From assembly GCF_000002075.1 (NCBI RefSeq), contig NW_004797304.1, positions 913,328 to 977,327 of the forward strand: DNA of 64,000 nt, written 5' to 3'. Each line of letters begins with the position of its first letter. Position 1 is the first letter of the stretch. The stretch is from Aplysia californica. Lineage: Eukaryota. The notes under the pieces are model-generated. The model was not told the origin of the DNA. It saw only the letters and a program-made list of their open reading frames with translations, and made no database searches. Position numbers and translations under genes: made by a program. Positions 1 to 11,400 of this stretch are shown here, piece by piece.

Positions 1-738
1 CATTTTGCATACAATGTGATGAATTTGTGTGTCCCGTACGATCACAACAATGCATAAACACTAAGTGAAACATTTGATAGATACCAATGCTAATAGAGCG
101 ATTGTATTTGAAGGATTAGTTAGCAAACACATACTAATATTTCACACTCATCTGCTGAGAGCCAAGAACTTTGAAAGAACTTTACCTCACAGTACCAAGA
201 AACATTTTGAAGAAAACTTGTAATTGGCAGATATTCCTTTTGTTCAAAATACTAATTACAATTGGTGTTATCAGTTCAGAGTTGAACCATATGCACTGTA
301 CATTTAGTTGTTTTCTTTTTAAGAAAGAAATTGTGTGTGTTTTTCTTAGAACACAAGCTTGTAATTCGAAAATTTGATACAGTTCAAAATATAAAATTTT
401 GAAAAGAGAAAGAGGGGATGTCATATTCGATAATAATAATAATCGATACCGATCCGGATATGACGTTGTAATCAATCCTAAAGAAATAAACTATTGCATT
501 CTGGGTTACCGAAATGGCTGCCTCAATGTTCTTTACCGTTATCCCTATGTGCGTCTCACGTCTTGTTATGAATCAAACAATGATCTAAAGAACCCAACAA
601 ACACAACATGCAGTGTTAGTACTTTTCTAGACATCATGATGTCCTGGCATTATGCATACTTGGAAAAAAAATAGGAAACCTTTTTAATAAAAAAAACGAA
701 ATTAATTAATTCAAACACAATCAGAAAGTTATTATTAA

Positions 739-2243
739 CTCATTCGCTATGCTGAGCCGTGGCCAGCGGCACAGCCAAAGTGTCTTCCGTACGCCAAGCC
801 GCTCCCGACGGCTCGAGCACCGACCTATAGGTCTAGCTTAGATTTTACTCCAATCCACGTATCCATGTTAAAATAAAGGTTATAATATAACATCGACTTC
901 CGGGTCAAACGTTTCCACCGAAAATCGAAAGTTTAGATTCACTTTTGAAACGCGATTTCGTAGTTTATGCGACTTTGTTTTATGCAAAGTCCAAATTATA
1001 TGGACTTTTCTTTATAATATTGATACTATTGGACTCAAATTGCCAATGCACTGCAATTGAGAAATCAATATTTTTAAGTGCTAGATCTAGGTCTGTTTGT
1101 TTGTTTAGTATAGGGTTTTACGGCGCTCGCAACTGCATAAGGTCATATGAGCGCGCGGGACACACCTAATACTGTTTCGTTGGTAGGAAATTTTGAATTT
1201 TGCCCGGGTGGCGGCCGAAGCCTACTCTTATCGATTTTAGACCACCAAGGGATCTTTAACGTGCGCAACTTGCACACGGGCCCTCCGAGTTTTTTCGCCC
1301 TTGTCCGAGAAGGCTAGGTGTAGATCTTTCCTACCAGAAGATCAGGGGTGTGGCAGAAAGACAGCAGTTAGGAGGAGCCAAGGAGTAGCAGTAGAAAGGC
1401 TGCAGAAAGAGTCAGGAGCCCAGAGGAGGGAGCAAAGGCGGTGAGGGGTGGGGGCAGAAAGTGGAAATGAAAGCAGACAACAGAACATTGTTAGAGATCA
1501 GGAAAGGATGTGAAAGGAGACAATTTTAGAGAAGAAAATTTTTTGGTCGCTACCCGGAATCGAACCCGGGACCTTTGAATGAGAGGCCAACACCTTAACC
1601 TCTAGGCCACGAGAGCCCCCAGATCTAGGTCTAGATCTAAATAGTCAAAATATTTTTTTCTCCCCAAAATCACTACTTTTTGGTGAAATTACACAAAAGT
1701 ACCACTCAAGACATGTATAGGTTTATTCCAAATGCAATTCTGAATAATTCCATATAAGATATGAGTGTTTTTTTTCTGTTTGTGCTTCTTTTTTCAAATT
1801 ATAATTTTTAAATTTTTTTTTTCAATATCGAATGTTATGATCCAAATGTACAAATATTATGGAATGTATGTAAATAACTGCAATTTTTTCAATATTTTCC
1901 AGTTCTATATACATTTACGGTTATATTGATGTATCATTTGACTAAGTTCAAACATATTTTTTGAGTTTCACCAGAGATTATTAATTTATTTTCAAATTTT
2001 ATCTGCATCCAATCCAAAGTGTGTTGCATAATCGCCTCTTATAAGCACCAAAGTTGAAAAATACACCAATAAACAATACAGATGTATTCTACAAACCATA
2101 CTGAAAATTTTTGTATATAATATGTTGATATTTATTTGAATTTGTGGCCCCAAAGACATGTGAACTGCGCACTTGTCATCATCTCATTTCGCCCTCCCGT
2201 AAAAAATTTGTCCACAAGCTGAAAATAATACGTAGCAAATGAG
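739..2243. mobile_element. Non-autonomous TTAA (piggyBac-like) element carrying a nested SINE
   Basis: TTAA|CTCATTCGCTATG ... CGTAGCAAATGAG|TTAA (11/13 TIR match). Confidence 0.65.
1095..1620 (-). mobile_element. tRNA(Glu-like)-derived SINE, family A, full length
   Basis: A box TGGCCTAGAGG and B box GGTTCGATTCC; tail ...GCAGTTGCGAGCGCCGTAAAAC..(AAAC)n; 12-bp TSD AGATCTAGGTCT; several copies in the window. Confidence 0.9.
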
Positions 2244-2444
2244 TTAAGCTCCTCCAAAAAATTTCAGCGTCATAATTGTGCACCTTGTAAAAGAAACTAA
2301 CAATAAAAACATGTACACTGCAATCCTTGGTCTTCAACTACACTTGTACATGTAGGATTTTTTAAAATCAAATCAAAGCTAAAATGGGCACACTGCTGAA
2401 AGCCATACAGTTCTCCTTTCCCTCCCAGTTTTGAAAGGTATTTT

Positions 2445-2935
2445 TTATTTAGTGTTTTACAGCGCTCACAACTGCATAAGGTCATATGGACACATTAAAC
2501 ATTTTTACTTGGTAGGAAATTTTGAACTTTGCCCGGGTGGCGGCCGTAGCCTACTCTTATCGATTTTAGACCACCAAAAGATCTTTAACGTGCGCAACGT
2601 GTACACGCGACCTCTGAGATTTTTCACCCCTGTCCGAGAAGGTTAAGTGTAGATCTTTCCTATCAGGTGTGCGGCTGAAAGACAGGAGTAAGAAGGAGCC
2701 AAGGAGTAGCAGGAGAAAGGCTTCAGAAAGAGTCAGGAGCCCAGAGGTGAGGGCAAAGGAGGTGATGGGGTGGGGGCAGAAATGGAGACGAAAGCAAACA
2801 ACAGAATATTGCTAGAGAGCAGGAAAAGAGGTGAAGGGAGACCCATTTAGAGAAGAAAATGTTCCGTCGCTACCAAGATTTGACCACGAAACCTTTGAAT
2901 GAGGCGAACACCTTTACCTATAGGCCACGAGATTC
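2445..2935 (-). mobile_element. SINE family A copy
   Basis: Colinear with 1095-1620. Confidence 0.88.
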
Positions 2936-3330
2936 CAGGATCATCTTCCACTTAGTGCATGGATTCATAATGACGGACAAACAAGGATTTCGCTACCATA
3001 GAAATAAAAAGTTCTATCTAACATCTTTGACTATTTTATGTTACTAAAACCATGAGGTCAGAAACCAAACGTTCTATCTACTCTTAACTCAATCACAATC
3101 ATAATATTATTCGGGGTCGTTATCAAGATGTTGAAATAATTGTGTTTAAAAAAGCTTGATATGTGGTGAAACTCGTTATTTTTAATGTCAAATTTCTCAA
3201 AACAAGGTACTGAGCAGATAGAACTTTGCACTTCTGAGGTAGCGATTTGTCTTTAACCACAGCACATACAATGGACTTTCAATATACATATATATATATA
3301 TAAACACGACCAAACAGGATCAGAACTTAC

Positions 3331-3514
3331 AGCAGCAGAGTACTGATCCTGGTCCATGGTCTGTGGTGGGTCTGGCTTTTGGGATGGCATTTCTACCACA
3401 TATACAGCCACATTGGAAACCTCCACAATCTTTGTGGAGAAACCTTCAGCCTCCGGAACACCATTGTCTCTCTTCCACTGGGCAGAGACCGACTGTTCAT
3501 CATAAACATGGAGC
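3331..3514 (-). CDS. ATG2: ATG2-like coding exon 5
   Basis: RLHVYDEQ...FSTKIVEVSNVAVYVVEMPSQKPDPPQTMDQDQYSAA; tacag/gtaagt. Confidence 0.83.
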
Positions 3515-6500
3515 CTGTAACACAGGAAATAATTTATGCTTTAAACAACAGAACATGTGAGCCATACATAACAGTCATCTTTTGTCAGAAACAGACAGTG
3601 TGAGAATTGTCACGGAGTAAACAGAAAGCAAAAAAATAATTTTAAAAATCTTTGTTATAGCTATAAATTAGTATACCCACTAATTATTTCTAACACGAAA
3701 CACAAATCCTGAAAACTTCAACGGGTAGTTATACCAATATTTGTTTGCATTTTTAATAAGTTAAACTTTGCCCTATTGCCAATTTTTCCGAAACAACCCC
3801 CCCCCCCCCCCAAAAAAAAACCCAGTAGTCTACGCCTAAATGAATGATGCTCAGGAGGACTCCAAAGCGAGTGTTTACACAGAGTGTGCAAAGGGGTAAT
3901 GGGAACCAACCATCTCATTTCCAATTTTAGTGACCTGTCTTGGGGGTGGGGGATGGGGTATCACTTTCACAGATAATGCGATAAAATGTGACTGTTTTAT
4001 AAAGGATCCCCCGATCTCCGTTATGACTACAAAGGTGTTGGACGAGTAGTGGTAAAAAGAAGAAAGTCTGACCCACCGCACTAATGTACACTAACATGTC
4101 ATATAAACAGATCAAAGGAAACTTCTGGTGAGAGTCCTAGAGCGCTCAGGCACGTGGCTTTCCAAGCAACCACTCCCGACTGCCTATCATTCTTAGCAAC
4201 TCTAAATGCATGGATGACATCAGACATTCAGAGAAACATATCTCTAGTGATTCATTGAACAAGAACGTTATAAGTTTGTCGAGTGCAGCTGATCAATTGA
4301 CTAATCTGTAACCCTTAGTCTTACATAGTTATCTACTACAACATTCATGTGTGATGCGCATCATATTCATGAGCACAAATAAACATTTCAGTCACTCAAA
4401 CGCTGTGAAAAACCTCTCAAAGATGCACCCCCAAAACATCGCTCATCCAGTCCTAGACTTATGCGTTATTTATGTGTAAGTGGACAGTAGGGTAGGTTCT
4501 CTTTGTTCTGCATGAGAGGCAGTCTCATTAAATATCCGGTTGTCTAGACTCGACATGTATGCAAGCAGTGTAGGTTGTAGTGAAAATTTCCTTTTGTCAT
4601 GCTTTACCTGTCAGCGTGTTTCAGGGATTGAAGCATGTGGTTAGAGAAAGTGACATGGCTAAATTATATAATTTAAAAATCCGTCTTATGACAAAAGCGT
4701 ACGTTTAAGCAGACACTATTGTAGTTATAGACAAGCGATTCAAAAGTCAGGTATCACATAAAAGAGTTAGTTTTTTTTAGTTTAGTAGAGGTTTTACGGC
4801 GCTCGCAACTGCACAAGGTCATATGAGTGCCAGAAAATTAGAGGTGTTACAAGAGTGACAAACATAAAAGAGAAGAAGAGGAGAGAAGGACGATGGATGT
4901 TTGATAGGAAAGAAGAAGCAAACCACACCAGAGCACCCGCCAACCGCCCACATAAAAGAGTTAAAAGAGTCACAGCAGAACAAATTATGATGAAAAATTC
5001 TACTTACCTGTCAATGGTCAAGTCTACTTGAATCCCAGGTGACTTCTCTACCATAATGTTGACATTCTCAAGCTTCACCTGTATCCGAGTCATGACTGCA
5101 AAAGAGTAGTAGCATTCAAAGTGAAACTTCATTCAGAAAGAAACTTACAGCTGTAGAGCATAGATCCTGACCCATGTTCTGTGGAAGGTCTGGCTTATAC
5201 TTGGTACAATCTTAGAAGTCCATATCTTCAACACTCACTGTGTCTTTTGAGTGCAAAGAAAATCTACTTTTGTCATGCAATCTTGCTCATTTTGTTCAGA
5301 TATTCCATTCTTAAACTAAAAATCAGATTAAGAGGCCATTATATAGAATAGACTCCAAACAATGACAAAGTGAAAGACACACATCATTTTGCACCCACAG
5401 CCTTTTTTTTTTCAATAAGTGTTTTACGGCGCTCACAGCTGCAAAAGGTCATATGAGTGTGCAACACACATTGAGGATTTTCAGTTTGGTAGGAATTAAT
5501 TTTGAATTTTGCCCATATGGCCACCAAAGCCTACTCTTACCAATTTTAGAACCACCAAGGAATCTTTAACAGGCACAACTAGCACACGGGACCTCCAAGA
5601 TTTCTTTGCTTTTATCCGAGAAGGCTAGGTGTTCGATCTTACGTACGCTGAGATTAGGGGTGTAGCAAGGAGCCAGGAGTAGCAGTGAAAAGAGTCAGGA
5701 GCCCAGAGGAGGGTGAAAAGGGGCAGAAAGCGGAGATAAAAGCAGATGACAGAACATGATAAGAAACAGGAAAGGAGATGAAAGGAGAAAATTTTGGGAA
5801 AAGAAAATTTTTCGTGGCCATCAGGCTTTGAACCCAACACATATTGAATGAGAGGTGAACAATGTACCCCTGGACCACGAGAGAGCCCCCCCCCCCCCCC
5901 TCCCTAGATTTCAACACTATTGCTCAATAAAAAAAGAACTGCATCCAAGCAATGTCCTATAAGACCAAAGTGTAACCAGATATCATCAGTGTTGCATGCC
6001 ATCCACTTAAGTTTGTTTGGGTACTTTTTACAAGAGAGACAAAACACTAGTTTTAGTTGTGTTGTTTCCTATCAGGAATCATGAAAAGCAAGAAAATTGT
6101 AAGCCTTGACCAAAGCATCAAACTGCATTTTGATGATGTTGAAAGGTTCACCTTTGATAAAGCTTTGAGAGTGTGTAAAAATTCAACAAAAATTCTCAAA
6201 ATTTGGACATAAGTGGATTGCTTGCGACAATAATGATATGATATTTGCAAACGAATTTCCAAAAGCAAGAACTTACTTGATGTGATGAAATCAGACATAA
6301 ACTCCACGGTTTCATAAGGTGTGGCTCCTTTCCCTCCATCAGCAATCTGCTCAATATCGCCATTTGCCTCTTTAGACTTCAACATTTCCTCCACCATTGA
6401 GGCACTCATGCTGTCCAGCATTGACTTTACATCCATACCATCATCTTCAACAGAAAAGAGAAAAATAAAATAAGTGATTTTAATCCTTTTCAGATTGTCC

Positions 6501-8432
6501 CACTGCCTTCTTGTATAAGCCGATATTTGCCAGACGGAACAGAAAAGTGTTGACATTTCATTTAGTACCACAAGTAAACATTCAATTCACAACAGACACA
6601 ACCCTTCTTGAAATGTTTTTAATGTAAAGAGGATTATCAAATGGTACAACAAATGATGGTACCTAAAAGTTAATATGAAAACTAAAACCATACACAGAAA
6701 AAATGGAGAGAAGGGCAAAAGGGGACACCCTTTAATTATGTGATCCTTCTTATTCTTTGAATTACGTTTGAAGAACTACAATTGGCTTTGCTGTTTTTCA
6801 ACTCACCTTGCTCCTCTTCTGTAAGTCGTACTGTCAGAATTAGGCCATCAATCTCCACAATGATGGACTTGGAGGGGAGCTGCTGCCATGGTATCATCAG
6901 GTGGACGATGTCCACATAGCCTTCCACTAGAGTGAATGGAGCATTTATAGACTCCAAGCGGCTATTGATAGTCTGAAAAAAAAAAAAAGAAAAGAACCTT
7001 GTAGTGAAATCCTAGAGACTGGACAATATCAAAAGGACACATCAACACCAGTTACAGGTGTCTGACAAAAACAAAAATTAGATCCAGAGCAGCCATACAA
7101 CATTTGGCCACTGACATGGCTGTTGCTGAGAGTCAAAATGTGTGCTGCATAGACTTTTCAGAAAAATTCTATTAAGAATCAATTTGGGTTAACAAACATA
7201 AGTTCTGATGTTCAAACATGTCTGCTAAAATAGTAAGTTCCTTGGGATGCAGGCCTTGGTTGCTGTTAGGCAGACGTTGCCGTTAACTGAATCTTAAAGG
7301 TGGTTATGGGGTGTGGTTGATTTTGCCGTAACACCCCCACCCTCCTTTTCCCAAACACACGCACACACCCACACGTGTCCGACTGGCAGGATGTGGTGAT
7401 GTTCTTTCAGAAAGTAAGAATGTAAGCAAGGTTCGAGCACTGGTGGTAGGTAATGCTTCACACATTGGCAGAGGCTTCCCCTCAGACTAAATGAAGAAAG
7501 GTGGCTCTTGGTGAGAGGGTGTGAACCAAGCACCTGTACTCAAGGTGTGGCATTTTTCCCCCCATCACATTAAAAAATTGTTTTTTAAAGACCAATTTAT
7601 GCCTATCTGTGGAAATGCCAGGTCATCAACATCACTGACAAATCCATGTCTCGTTCTACACATTCTCAGATTCTATAAAGTAGACAAGGTATAACCATAG
7701 CTGCCAACTCTCCAAAATAAAGACAAACAGACTCAGTGGATCAAGATGACAGTCAGGCATTGGTCAAGTTGCCTGCCTCTAAGCCCTTCATATATATATA
7801 CTGTATTTTTACCCACGTTTCGGCATTCAATTAATTCAAACTATTAAAAGTAGATCTGCAGCAACAGATCTCTCCAACTGACCATATACATAGGCTCTGT
7901 TCTCAAATTTCATTATTATTACTATAACTCTATTACAGTGGTCTTCACCTAAGATCCCACAGCATATGATCCGGATTCACATAAGATCCCACTATTTTAA
8001 GAAAACAGAATTTTTCATTCACAAAAGTCACCTCTGAAGTACTACATTTGGGCTAAAATCCTGTATCATAATTTACGGAACCAGGAAAGAGCCCATCTGA
8101 TCAACCAAGCAGCAAAAGTTTTAAATCACTGCACTGCCCGTTGATTCACAGAATTGTCTCCTTGACAAGACCCGAGGCCGAGATTTTGTTTTATAATTAT
8201 AACATATATATCTAAGTTTCTTCTTCTATTTGATACCGAAAATACATTTTTGGGCCAGTACAGTATTAGAGCCTATCAAATGTGTTTCTGACACTCCAAA
8301 GGTGGCCTTATAACTAATTGAAAAGCGACACAATTGAGCTAGTGGAAAGCTAATATTGATATGAGCTTGAACGAGCAAATGATAAAGAATCAGATATTGA
8401 TGAAAACATAGTCGCGGGTGGGGGGGGGGGGG

Positions 8433-8484
<52 letters not shown>

Positions 8485-11400
8485 CTAGATCTAGAGCTTG
8501 ACAGTGAGGCTGACAGAAAGAGTGACGGGTCGGACATCTCGACGGGTCGGACATCTCGACTGAAGTGATGTTAGACCATTTCCAGAACCTGAGCACTAAT
8601 AAGTAATTTAAATTTATGAAAATAAACACTTTCATTTCCCTTTCTAATTTTAATTTTTCCAAAATTTGTGGAATTTGCTTAGCATTTAAAAAAAAAATAA
8701 TTGTATTCACGGGAGTACCTCCCTTTACTTAGGATTTGGGAAAAGACTTCCTGTTCAGACACTCAGGGTGTATTGTGTTCATTGGTGCGTTAAGATGAGC
8801 AGGGAACTTGGTCAAGGATGGAAAACTATAATATAATAACAAATCCCAGACAGGTTAAGGGGAGGAGCAATAGGATCTATGTTGACCTGGAGACTCATGA
8901 TTGGATATGCGAAAATGGCATCCTCATGCTACTGTAATTGGCTTGGTCAGCAAAGGACACTGATCATCCTGTATCATGCAAGCAAAGCATTTGTGTATCT
9001 TGAAATCAACCATTTTTCATCCAGTAGCGTCGATTGCCAAGAGTGAAGCGGTGGCAATTTACAATAATCAAAGCTTCCACCAGCTGAAGCTGAAAAGTAT
9101 AGAAAATTTTGCCGGGGGTCTGGTGGCTGCAGAAGCCCCCAGCAGGGTCCAGGGACAGCATCCCGTTGGGGGATCAGGGGGCAAAGCCCCCGAAGAAATT
9201 GAAATTTAGTGCTTTTAGAGGGTTGAAAATGGCATTTGGGAACCTGTTTGAAGAGATTGACAACAACCCATACTACCTATTTATTCAGCAAGATTTTTTC
9301 TTGTTTGATTTCTTCACCAACATATCTTTGCAATGCTGGCTATGTTTAAAAGCAGGTTCCCCTTCCATTGCTACTATAATTCAATTAGTTTGTCATCGCA
9401 CCATTGATAGAAGGCAAACCTGGGAATAATGAATAGATATGTACCTTCAAAATACAGTTACTCATATACCCGAATTTTCCTCAATTTTCACGTCTGAAGA
9501 TAAACGGAATGAAGGAATGATAGAAAGGAGGAAAGTGGCACAAAAACCTCGCCAGACTTTGACAAATCTGCAGGTAAAAAACTTACTGCCGACCAACCCG
9601 CAATTAGTGCATGGGGCACAGCAGAATAATGGCCGATGGCAGGAAATGCGCAATCTGGCAGGTTTCTATAACATTTAACTATTGCCAAGAAAATTACCGT
9701 AAATATTTGTAACTTTTATACAAGACGATACGAAGGTGAGTACGGAACTTTTGCTACGCAATTTCGGTAGTCCTACGCTGTCGCAGATTTTTACGGAGTA
9801 CCTTGATAATGATGGAGGAACAAGTACGGAACTAGCAGAAAGTACGGATTTCCGTAAAAATACGGAACAGTGAAAGCACTGAATAATTGACAGCAACGTC
9901 AATTGCCACCGAGTGAAGCGGTGTCAAGTCTGAAAAAAACACTTTAGCTTTCTATTCATAATGTGTGTCTAATGGGTCAATTTGTTCTCTACTAATTTCA
10001 TTGGACTAGCATCTAGTCTAAAGCTACAGTACCAACTTGGCGTGTTTTCAATTATGAGACGTAGGCCTAAGTCTATGCTACAATTAGCCTACACTTCGGT
10101 GTAGAACCAACACAGGCAATTCTAGAAGTAGAAGGTCACAAACGCACACAAACTTAAGCAGAAATTCATTTTATATCGCGGAACAATCCGGGGGACGGGG
10201 GTCAGGAAAAGACACACCCAAACACACACACATGTACACACACAGAGGGACAGAGAGGCGAACGCACAACACCGAGCACTCGAGAACAGTCGGCTAGAAC
10301 TACTCACCAACGCAAAAGAACTCCAATTTACTCTGTGGCAATTGACGCTGCTGTCAATTTTTGTCAATTGCCACCGCGTCACTCGTTGGCAATTGACACT
10401 ACCTTTTCATCCCCTTGCCTCCCCCAAATCCCCTACAAAGTTTTGCCCTTCACCATGGATAAGATGTGTCAAAAGACACTTTAATACAAAGAATGAAAAC
10501 ATCAGCAGTCATGAGTGAATGAACTTGTGCGAAGGGGACTCTGATAATTGCTGGTGCCCAAAAAACACACTCACACGACAGCAAGGTTATGTCATTTGAT
10601 GCGAACGTACAGTGTACAAAGTTTCACTGACCAGTCTTGAACATGTGGCCCCCTACACTAACCAGAACTCAGACCAACCTAGCTTTAAATTCCTGTCACA
10701 TTCCCAGGTCTCAAAAATTTTAACCAACACCCCTCCCCCAAAATCCCCCTCGAGGCTCGAGTCTCGAAATTCATGAGGGGACCTTGCTGTCATCCTGTAC
10801 TAAACTTGAAATCCCAATATCACAGAGTCGCTCCAAGTTAGTGTGACTGGGAAAAAGTTTGCTCATTGTCACAAGAAGTCGCTAAGTGGTACACATGGTG
10901 ATTTATTAGGCCAGGCAGCTACAGTGGAATCCTGTTATAACGAGAGGGAGGGGACCGGAGCAAAATGTCCCTTATAGCAGGATTTTCACTACAAGGGATC
11001 CAGTAATGAATTCAAGGGAAACTGTAAAGTAGGCTCAATCTAGCAATGCCAATCGGGCTTTCCCGCGCGGCGAAAATTTGGTCCCCGTTTGCGGGCGATT
11101 TAGCAGACCCGACCGAAGCGTAGGTGACTAACTTTGTCAACCTCGGTCTGCTCTATTTCCAAACCAATCCGAATGAAACTCGGCAACCAATCAGAAAATA
11201 GGGCAAACTAATGATATGTGGACATTGAAGTTCGTACACATAAATTAACCTATATTTTTGGTGTCGGGAACACTTTCGTATCGTGTACACCGAAAACTAT
11301 AAGGAGTTTGAATTTCAGCGCCGAGGTGGTAATAGATCTATCTATCCTCTATAGTGTGCTCAAATTTGAACGTTCTGTGTCAAGTAGTTGTTTAGACCCA

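Noticed and set aside
185-296. Candidate ATG2 exon 6 (CIWFNSELITPIV...)
   Set aside because: Has AG/GT and an open phase-0 frame but no recognisable ATG2 similarity; cannot be supported
1545-1620. tRNA gene (also 32171-32245, 42166-42240, 55921-55990)
   Set aside because: A/B boxes are present but there is no proper acceptor stem; each continues into a repeated body and tail, so they are SINE heads
4608-4658. 51-nt phase-2/2 candidate ATG2 exon
   Set aside because: Exon 4 joins exon 5 to give the expected D-R-L-x-x-x-D-E motif without it; no homology support
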